Positions 9,229 through 23,367 of a DNA stretch of 64,000 nt are shown here, piece after piece. A model generated the notes under the pieces. The model was not told the DNA's origin. It ran no database searches and was given only the letters and a program-made list of their open reading frames with translations. Positions within the stretch are counted from its first letter, which is position 1; every line of letters starts with the position of its first letter. The DNA is from Myxococcota bacterium. GTDB taxonomy: Bacteria; Myxococcota_A; SURF-8. The stretch lies in NCBI GenBank assembly GCA_965140415.1, contig OZ223209.1, positions 512,001-576,000 on the forward strand, written 5' to 3'. A program made the position numbers and the translations under genes.

Positions 9229-12200
9229 ATGGAGAAGCAAATCCGTAACTATCTGAAAATTCTGGAAACCTCACCGGACAATGTGCCCGCCTTCAAAGCG
9301 CTGGCCAAGATCTACAAAGATCAGGAGCGCTGGGGGGAACTGGCCAATCTGTATGTCGAAAAGGCACAGCGAACCGCAGATGAGACCAAGATTCCGGAAT
9401 TGCTGTTCCAGGCGGCGGAACTATTCGCCGAGCGACTGGCGAAGTTCGACCGCGTGGAGGAATGCTACCAGAAAGTCCTGGATCACGATCCTCAAAACGA
9501 ACGGGCGCTGACCGAACTGAAGGCGCGCTACCGCGACAGCCACCAATGGGATCAGTTGATTCACCTGTTGGAGCAGGAAGCCGAACACAGTGAAGACATC
9601 GACCACAAAGCCGACAGCCTCACCGAGATTGCCGATCTGTGGGAAAAGATGCTCGGCAACGAACAGAAGCAGATCGCTTATCTGGTGCAGGCTCAGCAGG
9701 TCAATCCGAATCACCTGTCTTCGTTGCGGCAATTGAAGACCTATTACCTGAAAAGTTTCCAGGTGGACCGCGCCATCGAATTAGTGGAACGTGAAGAGCA
9801 ACTGCTTGAAGGCAACAAGGAAAAAGCCGACCTGTACAACGAAGTCGGCTTGCTTTTAGCGGAAGATCCCTTCGAAACGCAACGAGCCATCGAGTTTTTG
9901 CGCAAGGCTATTGAAATCGATGGTCGCTTTAAAAACGCCAAGAAAAAGCTGGAAGAACTGGAAAGCCTGGATCAGAAGTGGGAAAAATTCACGCGCAAAT
10001 ACCTGGAAGACGCTATCAACGTTTCCGACAAGCGCGAGGCCAGCACCATTTATCTGAAAATTGCCGGGATTTATTACCTGTACAATCCCGAGGCCGAAGA
10101 AGACATCCTTTCGACCATCGAAAAGAGTCTGATTCTGGATAGTTCCAACCGGCGTGCCTTGCTGTTGGGAGAACGCTATCTCACTGAAAAAGAGCAGTGG
10201 GAGAAATTGACGGAATTCTATCAGAGTATTTACGAGCGCACCCGCGATGAAGCTTTAAAAATCGAAGCGATGGCCAAGTCGGCGGAAGTGCTTAGCGAAC
10301 GTTTGGAGAAACGGGATGAAGCTCTGGCGCTGTTCCGGGAAGTCAATTCCTTGAACCCGGATCATCCAACCGCTTTCGTTCATATCGCCGAAGATCTGGA
10401 AAATCGCGAGGAATTCGACGAGTTGCGCGAATTGCTGTCGGATCGGTTGGAGCGTTGCCATGAAGTATCGGCGCGCATCGAAACGCTGCTTACGCTGGCT
10501 CGTATGGCCAAGCGTGAAGACGATCCGAAACTGGCGATCGAACACCTGGAAAAAATTCTGGAAATCGAACCGGAAAACGAACGGGCTGCCGGTCAACTGG
10601 CCGATTTGTATGAAGAAGTACAAGCCTGGGACAAACTGCTGGAAGTCATGCCGACCGTAATCGCTGCCGCCAAAGACGATCAGCTTTGTTTCGATCTACA
10701 TGCCAAATTCGCCAAGATTCTAAGTGAACAGCTTGGAAAGAGCGAGCAGGCCTTTGAACATTACTCCGCCGCGTTTGCGATAAATCCCCAGGATGAAACC
10801 GTGCTGACCCAGTTGGAAGATCTGACGATCGAACTGGAATGCTGGGAAGAACTGGTAAAGCTGTTCAAGCAGGTTCTGCAACAAGAGGGTGACGCGCAGA
10901 TGCTGCGCAGCATCCGGTTCAAGCTGGCGCAGATCTACGACCGGGAACTGTCGCAGTATCAGGAAGCCGAAAATTGTTATGTTGAATTGCTTGAAGAGCA
11001 ACAGGAACTGGAAGTGCTGGATGCCTTGGGCCGGTTGTACTCCAAGGATTTGAAGTGGGAAAAACTGGTTACGATTTTGGGCCAGAAGGCGGAACTGACC
11101 GACGATCCGGAAGAGCGCCGCGACATCCTGCTGGAGAAAGCGCGCATTTACGAGATGGAATTGAGCGATGCTGCCCTGGCGATCACGGCCTATCAGGAAG
11201 TCGTCGCCATTATGCCGGACGAACTGGAGGCGCTGCATCACCTGTCCGAACTGTACGAAATGGGTGGCGATTACGACGCACTGACGAAGGTGATCGAGCA
11301 GGAATTGGAAGTCATCACTTCGATTCCGGAAAAAGTGAATCGCAACTTCAAGCTGGGAAACCTGTATCGTGACAAGCTACAGAACCCGGAAGCGGCGGGC
11401 GAGGCCTTCTTGCGCGTTTTGGAACTGGACTCCAATCACCTTCCGGCTATCGAAATGCTGGAAGAGTTGTTGAATCAGGGAGTCAGCCCCAACGAGATTT
11501 TCAAGGGGCTGGAAGAATATTACCGCAAGCTGGAACGGTGGGACAAACTCGCCAAGGGTTACGAAGCACTGATTCGCAGCGAAGCGGATTCCGAGCAAAA
11601 GGGTGCGCTGTGCCACAAGCTGGCCGAAGTCTCCCTGGTGCATCGCTCGATGGATGAGGAAGCCTTTACCTGGATCACTGAAGGACTCAAAACCACGTAT
11701 CAGAACGCGGACTTCCTGAAGCTGTCGCTCGATGCGGCGCGTAAAGTCGGCAAACAGTCCGAACTTTTGGAACTACTGGAAAGCAAGTCCGAGTCCGTGG
11801 AGGACGAGGAGCAGAAAATCAGCTTGTCTCTTTCTCTTGGTAGTTTGTATTGGGAAGGAATGCAGGATACCGAGCAGGCCGAACGGCACTATCTGGAAGC
11901 ATCGGAACTGGCTTCGGACCGAGAAGAAGTCATGGAGCAAGTTACCGGATTCTTCAAGGAAACGGAACAGTGGGTTCAGTTCTCCGCTTTCGGTGAGCGG
12001 CTGGCGGAAATCGTCGGCGAGCCGTCACGGAAAAAAGAAGTGTTGTTTGAAGTGGCGGATGTTTACGAAAACCGTTTGAAGAAAAACGATGCTTCCCAGG
12101 TGGTTTTGCGTCGAGTGTTGCAGACGGACGCCGCCGATCTGAAGGCCATCGATGCCTTGCTGCGTTTACAGCAAGAAGCGGAGCAGTGGGAAGACCTGGT

Positions 12201-15200
12201 CTTGACGCTGCTTGAAAAACTGGATCTGGTGGAAGATGAAACCGGACGCATCGCCCTGAAAATGCAACTGGCCGAGATTCAGGAAGACAAGCTGGAAGAC
12301 TACGACGAAGCGGCTCGTTTATACAGTGAAGTGCTTGCAAAAGATCCCAAGCATCCGGATGCCTTTGCGGCGATGGAGCTTTTCCTGGAGCGCAACCTGT
12401 GTGAATCGCTGGTAGCGGAAACCTTGCGCCCGATCTACGAGGAAAAGCGCGACTTCGAGAAACTGATTCATGTCTTAACGCTGCAATACGCCGAAGTGGA
12501 AGGCGAAGCCGCCTACACCCTGGCCGTGAGAATCGCCTCGCTGTATGAAGACGAGCTACAGCGATTCGCCGACGCGCTGGAATGGTATGGACGGGCATTC
12601 GTCGCCGGGGATGGCGTGGTGCTGCTTAAAGAGCTGATGCTCTCGGCCAGTAGCGCCAACAACTACGCGCGCCTTGTAGAAATCTGTGAAGAAAAACTGG
12701 AGCAGGAACTTTCCGACGCTGATCGCACCGAAGTGCTCTTCCATATCGGCGATACGCTGGTTAAAGAACTTCAGAAACCGGATGACGCGCGGCTGCGCTA
12801 TGAAGCCGTGTTGGAAATCGATGCCAACAACGAGCGAGCCATCGATGCATTGATCGAACTGGCGCGCGAGCGCATGGATTACGAAGATCTGGCGCAACTG
12901 CTGGAAAAGAAACGGGATGTGGTGGAAGACAAGAAGGTGCGCCGCGAAGCGACCTTCGAAATCGCACAGTTACGTTTCAAGCGCCTGGAGCAACCGGATG
13001 AAGCCGTTGCGTTGTTGAACGAGTTGCTGGATGAGCGCGAAAACGATCCGCAAGTATTTGAGATGCTTGAAGACGTGTTCATTACGCACGACCGTTGGGA
13101 AGATCAAAAGGAACTACTGGAACGTCGCCTGAAGTATCTGCGCGAAGACGATGAGATTCTGCCTGTCAAGATTCAGATCGGCGCGATTCTGGAAAACAAC
13201 CTGGATCGCCTGGACGAAGGTATGGCCATCTATCGCGAACTGGTGCGCAACTACTGGAACTATCCGGTGGTCGGTGCGCTGGTGGACCGTCTGCTTTCCC
13301 AGGAAAGCACCCAGCTCGAAATCGCCAACGAGATGGAACAGAAGTACATCAAGGTGCAGGACTGGAAACGCCTGGTGCAGGTGTACGAAATCCAGGTACA
13401 TTACACCGAGGGCAGCGAGGAAAAATCGAAGCTGCTTAGTAAGCTGTCCAACGTCTATCAAAACAAACTGCAAGATCCCGAAAAAGCCTTCGACGGCTTC
13501 GCCCGCGTGTTTATCGGCGATCCGAATAACACCGAAGCGCTCGACGAACTGGAAAAACTGGCCGGGGATCTGGGAGCCTGGCGCGAACTGGCTGAAGTCT
13601 ACGAAAAAGCCGGAGAAGCAGCGCCGGATCACGATGAAGCCACCGCGCTGTTTATCAAGGCTGCGCGATTGTACGAAGACATCCTGGCCTACCAGGAAGA
13701 TTCCATCCGCGCCTATCGCAAAGTGTTGGATCGCGATCGCAACAACATGACCGCCATTCAGGCGCTGGAAGGTTTGTGCCGCAAGACCGAGCGTTGGGAG
13801 GAATTGCGCGACATTTACCTGCAACGCATCAACCTGACGGAAGATACGGCGGAGAAGAAAGAGCTCTATACCAACATCTGCATTCTGTACGAACACCAGT
13901 TGGAAGATCCGCTGGGAGCCACGCCGTTCTACGAGGCCACTGTGGAATTGACGCCGCAGGACATCGAAGCGGTGGACAAACTGATGGAACTGTACCAGCT
14001 ACAGGAAGATTGGGAAAAGAAAGCCGGTCTGATGGCGCACAAGCTGGAACTCGTCGATTCGCTTGCGGAGCGTAACGAGTTGATGCTTGCCAAAGCCGAA
14101 CTGCACGAGGTCAAACTCGATCAGGCGGAGATTTCCAAGGATCTGTACAAACACGTTTTAGAGTCGGACGAAAGCGACACCCGCTCACTGGAGAAATTGG
14201 AAGAGTACGTGGAGCGGGAGGAATTCCAGGATGAACTGGCCCGTTTCCTGGAGCCGATGTATCTGCGCTGGGAAAACTGGGAGCGCGTCATCGATATGCA
14301 GGAACATCAGTTCACGCATTCCGAGGATGGCGACGAGCGCATTCGCCTGCTCAAAGCGATTGCAAACAATTACGAGGAGCACCTGGATCAGAACCTGTTG
14401 GCCTACGGCGTACTGACGCGCGCCTTCCGCGAGCGCCCGCTGGATGAATTTATCCAGAACGAGTTGGAGCGACTGGCGGGAGTGCTGGGACAGTACGAAC
14501 AGCTCTGCTCGTTGTATGGCGAGTTGATCGATGGCTACGATCCGGAAACCGAATCCGACACCATGGTCAACCTGTTGATGAATCTGGCGCATCTGTCGGA
14601 ATCCTATCTACGGGAAATCGAACTGGCCGCCGGTCACTACCGCCGCGTGTTGGAGTTGAGCGAGAATCACCCTGAAGCGCTGGGACATCTGGAGCGTATC
14701 TACTCGTTGCAGAAGAAATGGCCGGAACTCATCGAAGTGTTGGAAAGCAAGAATGCGATCACCGAAGAGCTCGAGCAGAAAAAGGCGATCCTCTTCCAGG
14801 TCTGCAACATTTTCGAAGAGGAACTGGGCGAGAACCGCCAGGCCATCGATACCTACCGGCGTATGCTGGAACTGGACGGGCGCGACGACGACGTGCTGCG
14901 TTCTCTGGTGCGGCTGACGACCACCGAGGATATGTGGGAGGATCTGATCGAAGTCCGCTACCGGCAATTGGATATTGCCGAAACGGACGATCAGCGTTGG
15001 AATCTGCGTCACGCCATCGGTATGGTGCTGTGGCGCAAGCTGACCCGTAAAGACGAAGCCATCGAGATCTTCAACGGTGTCTTGGAAGAAAACCATGGTT
15101 ATCCGCCTTGTCGCGACGCCATGGAAGGATTGATGGAAGAAGGCGATTCCGAACTGGCAGCCGCCCGTATTCTGGAACCGCTTTACACCGAGGACGAGCG

Positions 15201-18200
15201 CTGGAACGATTTGATCCAGACCCTGTCTATTCAAGCGCGACACGCCGAAGAAGCCGAAGCCAAACGCGACTTCTTCCTGCGCATGGCCGAACTGGCCGAG
15301 TTGAAACTTTCCGCGCCAGAGCGCGCTTTCCCGTTTACGGTTTCGGCCTTTGAGAACGACGCCTTCAACCCGGCGATTCGCGATCAGTTGGAACGACTGG
15401 CCGCCGAAGTTTCCCGCTGGGAAGATCTGGCCGTGGCCTACCGCGACCGCGCCGAAGCGATGGAAGAAGTCGAGCAGCAGGTGGACCTGTACTTGAACGC
15501 TGGTCGCATCAAGCTGCGCGAAGTGGTGGACCCGGAAGGAGCGGAAACCTTCTATCTGGCCGCCAGAGAGCGCCAGGGTGACAACCTGGAAGCCTTGGAT
15601 GCCTTGGATGAAATCTTCAACATCCTGGGCAAGTGGGATGAACTGGTCGATGTGATCTACACCAAAGCCGATTTGGCCGAGCAGGACGAGGCCAAGATCG
15701 ACTTGTACGTTCGTGCCGCCGTGATCCGCGAAGAGAAGACCGAGGATAAAACCGGAGCGGTTTCCTCTTACCTCAAGGCGCTGGCCGTGGATGAAAACCA
15801 CAGCTCTTCACTGGCCGAGTTGGATCGCCTGTACGGGGAACTGTCGCGCTGGGCGGAATTGCGGGATATCATCTCCCGGCGTATCGAGTTGGCCGAGTCC
15901 GACGCAACGCGCAACGATCTGACGTATCGCAAAGGCCAGGTGGTCGAGCAGAAGCTGAATGATAAGGCGGCGGCCATCGAGCTGTACCATACGATTTTGC
16001 AGGCGGACGACGAATACTTCGATGCCATCGAATCGTTGGAAGCCATGGTGTTGGAACCCGAGTATCAACAGGTTTCTCTGGATATTCTGGTGCCGTTGTT
16101 TGAAACCAAGGGTTGGTGGGAACGCCTGACCGAAACCCTGGAAGCTCAATTCGATACCTTAACGGATGTTTCCTCGCGCGTCGAGGTACTGACCCGCATT
16201 AAGGATGTTTACGAAAACGAAATGTCCGATGCTCCTCGCGCCTTCCAGGTGAGTTGCCGCATCTTCCAGGAAGATTTCCACGATGTGGCCGCACGGCAGG
16301 AGATGGAGCGGCTGGCGGTCGTTACCGGCGGTTTCGAAGGTCTGGTGGAAACCTACCACAGCTTCGCCGAGCAGGTGCCGGAACAGGAATTGAAGCTGGA
16401 GATTCTGACCAAAATCGCCCGCATCAACGAAGAGCAGTTGCAAAACGACGAGCAGGCGATGGAGGTTTACCAGCGCGTATTGGAATTGGACGACAAGAAC
16501 TTCACCGCCATGCTGGCGTTGGATCGCTTGTATGAACGGCTGGAACGCTACAGCGATTTGGTCGATTTGATTCCGCTGGAATTCGATTTCTACGATGACC
16601 CGAAGGAACTGGTGGAACTGCGCCTGCGCCTGGGTTCGTTGTGGGAGGAGAAACTGCACGATGCACTGACGGCCATCGAAGTGTACAGCCAGGTGCTCGC
16701 CGAACAGCCGGATAACGTCACGGCGCTAACGGCGTTGGAACGCCTTTACGAGCAAGTGGAAATGTGGCCGGAATTGGTGGAGATCTACAAGGCGGAAGTT
16801 CGTATCGCTCGTGGCGACACCAAAAAAGCGCGGCTCTACGCCAAGATGGCACAGGTTTACAGCGACAAAATGGATAGCGCCGGCGAAGCCATTCCGCTTT
16901 GGAAGCGCGTGTTGCAGTTTGACGAGCAGAACGAAGAAGTCATGGTCAAACTGGAAGCCTTGTACGAACACGAAGAAATGTGGGACGAACTGGTCAACCA
17001 CTACAAGAATCGTCTGCGCGGCGCGCGCGGCGTACAGGAACGGGCCGGAATTACCAGCCAGATGGCCAGATTGTATCTGGAGCGGCTGAACCAGGAAGAC
17101 CAGGCTACGCAGTTATATCTGAAGGTGTTGGAATACACGCCGGACGATCTAGGCGTGATCGACATTCTGGAAGAAATCTACGTTCGCAACCAGGCCTGGC
17201 GCGATCTGGTGGATCTGCTGCACAGGTTGGTGCCGCAGGTGCAGGGCGCGGAGCTTCGCTCGTTGTATCTGCGTCTTGCGAGTTTGCAGGTGGAACGTCT
17301 GGACAACCTGGAAAAAGGGGCAGACTTCGGACGCCAGGTGCTGGATATGGATCCCACGGTGGACGAACTGGCGCGCATGGAACGCATCTTCCGCGATTCG
17401 AAGGCCTACGAGTTGTATCTCAATATCCTGACCCGCCAGTCCGAGCAAACCGAAGAAGCCGCTACCAAGGTGGCGCTTTACTTCCGCATGGCGGAAATCT
17501 GGCTGGAACGACTGGACAAGGAAGTCGAAGCCAAGCATTGCTACGAGAACGTGCTGGAACTGATTCCGGACAACCTGCAAGCAGCGGAAAGTCTGGAACC
17601 GATTTATCGCCGCGACGGTGCCTGGAGCGATTTGATCAAGGTGCTCGATATTCGCCTGACCGAAGCCGATGGCGAGGAGCGGATCGAGTTGATGCGTCAG
17701 AAAGCGGATATCTGCCAGAACAATCTGGGCGATCCTTCCGGTGCTTTCGATGCCCTTTCGCCGGTATTCCAGAACGATCCGGGCGATGCGGAACTGATGG
17801 CACGCATGGAACAATTGGCCGATGCCACCACGCGTCATCTGGATCTGGCTCATCTGCTGCGCGATCTGCTGCCGGAAACCGAACAGGAACAGCGCCTGTT
17901 CCGCAGCCTGACTTTCAAGGTCGCCGAAATTTATGAAAACAAGGCGATCAACGCGGATCTGGCCGCCGAATACTTCAAGATGTTCCTGGAGAGCGGCGAA
18001 TACAGCGAACACGCGGTGGATTTCCTGATCGGATATTACGAGGAAGTCGAAGACTGGGACGAACTGATCAGCGCCTACCAGCAAAAACTTCCGTACATGA
18101 ATACGGAGGAAAAAGTGGTGGTTGGCTGCCGGGTGGCGGATATCTTCGATAGCAAGCTGGGAGAAGCCGAGCGTGCAATCAAGACCTACCATCAGGTATT

Positions 18201-21200
18201 GAAGATGGACGATCGTTGCGAACCCGCCATCGATGCGTTGATCCTGATTTACGATCGTCAACGGGATTGGACGGAACTCGTTGAACAGTTGCGGCACAAG
18301 CTGCACTTGGTGACCGATGCGCAGGACATCAGCGAAATCCGCTTGCGCATCGCGCGTCTGTACCAGGATCAGATCGGCGATCTGGATCAGGCCAAGACCT
18401 TCTACCGGGCGATTATTGCCGTCGATCCCAAACACGGAATTGCGTTGGATGAGTTGGAATGCATTTACGTGGAAGAGGAAAACTACGACGAATTGCTCGA
18501 AGTGCTTTCGCGTCGCATCAACGTGACCGACAGCGACGAGGAGAAACTGGGTATCTACCGCAAGATGGCGGATATCTGGGAGACCAAGTTCGAACAACTC
18601 GATATGGCGGTCAATTATCTGGAAAGAATGCTGGCCATCGATGCCAGCAATCTGGAAGCCATCACGACCTTGGAACGCATCTACCGTGAAGCCTCCGATT
18701 GGCCGTCCTTGGCGCAGACCTATCAGCGTCACATCGATCAGACCATCGACAGCGAAGAGATCGTGCGCCTGTACACCGAAATGGGCAAGATTCACGGCGA
18801 GTATCTCTTCCTGCCCGCCAAGGCGATCGAATACTTCACCAAGGCGCTCAAAATCGATGAGAACAATCTCGATGTCATGGAAGCCTTGTCCGAACTGTAC
18901 ACGGCCAATGAGAAGTGGGAACCGGCCATCGAGACCTTGGAACGCATGGCCGAACTGACCCAGGACAAAGCCCGCAAGGTGGATGTGCTTTCCCGCTTGG
19001 GGAATATCTACCTGGTCAGCTTGGACGATCAGGAGAAGGCCAAGCAGGTCTTCGACCGCATGGTGGCCGAGGATCCAACCTTCGTTCCGGCTCTGCGCGC
19101 GCTGCGTCGTTACTATGCTTCCACCGAGAACTGGCCGGAATTCCTGCGCATGGTCGAGGAAGAAAAACGCTACGTGGAAGATGGTGGCGAGAAAGCCGAG
19201 CTGCTTTACGAGGAAGGCCGCTATTACCATGAGTTGGAACGCGATGTGGATCGCGCAGTGATTCTGTATCGCGAAGCGCTGGAATTGGCCGATGACTTCC
19301 AGCCGGTGCTTAAAGTGCTGGGCAACATCTACTTCGAGCGGCAGGAATGGGAGCAGGCTCGGGTGGTATTGAGCAAGTTGCTGGAAACTCCCGATGCGCT
19401 TGACGAAATGGAGCAGGCGCGGGTCCACTACCAATTGGCGTTCATTGCCGAAAAGGAAGAGGACGACGGCGAGGCGCTCAAGCACTACACGGCCAGCTAT
19501 CGTTTGGACTCCAATACTCTGCCCACCTTGGAAGGTTTGGCCCGCACGCTATTCAAGCGCGGTGATTGGGATCGGGCTTTCCGCGTTTACCAGACCATTC
19601 TGGTTCGTTTCCGCGAGCAGAAGTCGATTCCGGAACTGGTTGAACTGTTCTGTCGCCTGGGCGAAGTGAACGGGAAACTGGAAAAGAACGATGTCGCTGT
19701 TCGCATGTACGAAAAAGCGTTGGAACTGGATTCGGAATCCATCCGCGCATTGAAAGCGATTGTGTTCTTCTACGAGTCGCTGGAAAACTGGAAGAAGGTT
19801 TTGCAGTATCGCAGCCGCTTGATCAAACGACTCACCGGCGATGAACTCTTCGAGCAGTGGAAAGCGGTGGGTGATGTCTACTCGGATCATATGGATGACC
19901 CGGACAAGGGGTTGGAAGCATATCGCTTTGCCTTGGAAGTCAACGCCACGGACATCGTGTTGTTGAAAAAAGTGGCGGATCTGTTGTTGGCGCAGGGAAA
20001 TATCGACGATGCCATCGGCGTGATGCGCAGTTCGCTGATGATGGAAAAAGAGCCTGAGCGCCTGATCGAATTAAACCAGAAGCTGGCGGAACTGCTGCTG
20101 GAGCATCGTAAAGATGTGGTTGGCGCGATCGATTGCTACAATGCCATTCTGGATCTGCAACCCGAACGCTCCGATATGTTCGAGCGGATCGAAGGTATCC
20201 TGACCGAGCGCGAGGATTGGGAATCGCTGGATACGAACTACCGCTTGATGATCCAGCGTTATCCGGCGGAAGATACGGTGAATGCGCTAGCCCTGTGGAG
20301 AAGCTCGGAAATCTGCTGGTGGAGAAAGCCGGGAACCTGGAAGATGGTATCCAGGCCTGGGAAGTCGTCGCTCAGCTCGATGCGGAGAATCCGGATACGC
20401 AGGAAAAAATCGCCGATCTATATGCCATGTCGCCCAAGTACCGGGATAAAGCGGTAGAGATGCATCGCACGATCCTGCAACGTGATCCCATGCGTGTCAA
20501 TTCGTACCGGGCGTTGTGGAAGATTGCATTCGAAGCCGAAGAATTCGACAAAGCCTTCTGCTACGCTGGCGTAGTCCACTTGCTGGGGCGTTCGGATACT
20601 CCGGCTGCGGCGTTCTATCAGGAAAACCTGAAAGACGTGAAGAATGAGGCGATCAATACCTTGGATCGTCAGCTTTGGGGATCGCTGTTGTTGCATGAAA
20701 GTGCACGGCACAACGTCGGGCAGGTATTGACCATCCTGTTCCACCACGTCCACGGTTTGATGGATTCCGACCTGAAGAAGGAAGGATTGAAGAAGAAAGA
20801 CCGGTTGGATCTGGGCGAGCACGTCAGTTTCGCGACCACCATGACCTATATTCTGAAGACCATGGGATTACCGGAACCGGAAATCTTCATGAAGCAGGGT
20901 TTCGGTCCGGGAATCGAAGTGCTCTCGATGCAACCGGCTTCGATCAAGATCGGCGCGGATGCGTTCGAGAATTATCCAAAGCGGGAACTAATGTTCCTGG
21001 CTACGCGCGCGGCGGTGCTGGCCCGACCGGATTTCCTGATGACGCAAATGTTACCGGAAAACACCGTTCGCGACCTGCTGGATGCATCGGCTCTGATCTT
21101 CGACAACCGATTCAAAACGACGCGCAACCCCAAAGAGTTGAAAGACTTGCAGAAGCGCTTGGAAAAGGGAACGCCCAAGAAAGTTCGCGAACCGCTGGCG

Positions 21201-21455
21201 CAGTTCGTTTCCGAGTATGCCCGGTTGGCGGGAGAGTTGGACATCGCGCAGTGGAAAGAAGCACTTATGCTTTCAGCCAACCGCGCGGCTCTGTTGATGT
21301 GCAACGATATATCGATGGCGGTGGAAACCTTGCGTAAGCATCCGGGCGGATTGTCTGAAGAGCAGGTCGAGCAATGCGTGACCGATCTGATTCAGTTCTC
21401 GATTTCGGATCAGTATTTCCATCTGCGCAACTATCTGGGCTTTACCATAATCTAG
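9229..21455 (+). CDS. giant TPR protein, GltI/AgmK-like (~4075 aa), split by a 1-nt frameshift at ~20300
   Basis: ORFs 9229-20457 and 20133-21455 join as ...ALALW(E/R)KLGNLLVEKAGN if one base is restored in TGGAGAAG; continuous TPR pattern; C-terminal ANRAALLMCNDI; followed by a GltJ-like gene. Confidence 0.8.
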
Positions 21456-21477
21456 CTTTTCATCTCGATTGCATAAG

Positions 21478-21513
21478 CCCGGCGGTACTCCATGCGGAAT
21501 GGATGCCGCCGGG
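21478..21513 (+). terminator. GC-rich stem-loop after the giant TPR gene
   Basis: CCCGGCGGTA...TGCCGCCGGG; no clear U tract. Confidence 0.4.
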
Positions 21514-21722
21514 TCGCAATCGGAATGTAAAAAGAGCGCAGCAGGCTAAGATCATTAAAGAAATTGTACTTGGTGCATGAAAGGCAAGACAAGGTTTTCG
21601 GTTGACAGATTCATGGGTTTTCTTGACCTGTTTTGCGTTTTCATGCTATGAAAAACCGTTTTGTGGACCAATCGGATTCTTGCCGGAGAATCCTTTATTC
21701 CTTTGGTGGGAAGTGAAACACC

Positions 21723-23312
21723 ATGAGAGTTCAATGCGATCAATGTGGGGCCTCCTATAATATTCCCGATGAGAAAATTCAGGGAAGGCCGTTTAAGATT
21801 ACGTGCAAACGCTGCAAGAACGTGATTCGCGTCCGTCCGGGTGACGCTGGCGGGCGAAAAACCATGGAAGTTGCCGCTGCCGACGTTCAACCCCGAATGA
21901 CCGGGGAAATGCGAGCCGCTTCATCGGATAATGTCGATGAAATGGCCAGAACGGTATTTCAACCGGGTGGTGTGGCGCAAGTTCGTTCTGAACCTGCCAA
22001 ACCCGTTAAAGCCGAAGTGGCGAACACGCAGTCGGTTGCTGCTCAAGACGATACTCGCAAGCCGCGTCTGACCATCGAAGGCAAGGCGCTGGATGAGCAG
22101 GTCGTTACCGGTCAGGCATTCTGGTATCTGGCCTACAGTCGCAATAAGCGCGGACCCTGGACCTTACAGCAGATCGAGGAACATCTGAAAACTGTTTCTC
22201 TGCAAGGCGATATTTTCGTTTGGAAAGCTGGATTTGATAATTGGAAAAAGATCCAGGACGTTTCCGATTTCGCTGAAATCGTTGCAAGGCTCAATAAACC
22301 CGCGGCGACTCCAGCCGCTCCGGTGCCGCCTCGTGAAGAACCGAAACCGGTTGAAAAGAGCAAACCCAGAAAGACCTTTACCGAACTGATTCAGTCTGAA
22401 CTGAACGGGGAAGAAAAAAAGGCCGACGGCGAGCAGAAAACATCCAAGATCGATCTTGGAGATCTGGTCAAGACGCGGGTGAAAGAACAGGAAAGTGATA
22501 AAACCGCCAAGCAGCAGAAGCAGCCGATGAGCGGTGTGAAACTCGAAGAGTATCGTCCCCCCGAAAAGAAGAAGATTCCCTGGATTCCGATCACGATTCT
22601 TCTGGTTCTGTTCTTGTTGGTAACGGGAACTCCGTTGGTATTGGCCTACAAGCAGATCATCGAAATACCGGGTTTGGATCAGGCCCCGGTGATCGGTCAC
22701 TATTTCAAAAAGGAAGAAGTCGATCACTATGCAGAGTTGCGTGCGCAGTGGGAGATGCTGATCAAAATCGACGAAGCCAAGGTAGCGTTAAAGGCGACCA
22801 AGCAGGAAGAAGAAAAGCAGCGCTTGGAGCAGGAACGCCAGAAGGCGTTGGAAGAACAGCGTGCTCGTCAGCGTCGTGCAGAAGAACGTCGCCGCCAGTA
22901 TGCCTCGCGTGGAGGCAGTGGAGGCGGTTCCAACGGCTCGCAGGGGGTGACGGAATTCGATTTCAGTGAAGGCAGTGACGGAACCGAAATGGATACCATC
23001 GGTGAACTGCGAACCACGGATGTCGATCGCAATGAGCCGCTCACCCAAAGCCAGGTGAATAAAGTCATTCGCGCCAATATGGGACAGATCGCCGCCTGCG
23101 TGAAAGCGCAGAAGAAATACGGTCAGCTAAACGGCAGTATGGAAGTTCGTTTTACGGTCAGTCGGCGTGGTTCGGTCGTGCGTGCGAATATCGTAACACC
23201 GAAATTCAAGGATAGTTATGTCGGTGATTGCGTTTCGGCGACCATCGAGCGGATTCGTTTCCCGCGTTCGGGAGGATCGGTCACGGTCAGTTATCCGTTC
23301 CAAGTGAAATAA
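21723..23312 (+). CDS. GltJ/AgmX-like protein: Zn-ribbon, GYF_2, TM, C-terminal AgmX/PglI (TonB-C-like) domain
   Basis: CDQCGASYNIPDEKI...CKRCKN; WYLA...GPWT...FVWKAGFDNWKKI; TM; LTQSQVNKVI...ACV...VRFTVSRRGSV...GDCV...IRFP...VSYPF. Confidence 0.85.
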   Translation: MRVQCDQCGASYNIPDEKIQGRPFKITCKRCKNVIRVRPGDAGGRKTMEVAAADVQPRMTGEMRAASSDNVDEMARTVFQPGGVAQVRSEPAKPVKAEVANTQSVAAQDDTRKPRLTIEGKALDEQVVTGQAFWYLAYSRNKRGPWTLQQIEEHLKTVSLQGDIFVWKAGFDNWKKIQDVSDFAEIVARLNKPAATPAAPVPPREEPKPVEKSKPRKTFTELIQSELNGEEKKADGEQKTSKIDLGDLVKTRVKEQESDKTAKQQKQPMSGVKLEEYRPPEKKKIPWIPITILLVLFLLVTGTPLVLAYKQIIEIPGLDQAPVIGHYFKKEEVDHYAELRAQWEMLIKIDEAKVALKATKQEEEKQRLEQERQKALEEQRARQRRAEERRRQYASRGGSGGGSNGSQGVTEFDFSEGSDGTEMDTIGELRTTDVDRNEPLTQSQVNKVIRANMGQIAACVKAQKKYGQLNGSMEVRFTVSRRGSVVRANIVTPKFKDSYVGDCVSATIERIRFPRSGGSVTVSYPFQVK

Positions 23313-23335
23313 TCGTAGCAACAATGGATTTTATG

Positions 23336-23361
23336 TCGGCCAGCCTTTTCGGGCTGGCCGA
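23336..23361. terminator. stem-loop between the convergent host gene and phage-like cluster
   Basis: TCGGCCAGCC-ttttcg-GGCTGGCCGA, perfect 10-bp stem. Confidence 0.7.
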
Positions 23362-23367
23362 TTGTGT

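Noticed and set aside
17149-19485. 778-aa antisense ORF and other long antisense ORFs within the TPR gene
   Set aside because: Typical antisense shadow from biased codon usage; no recognisable motifs.
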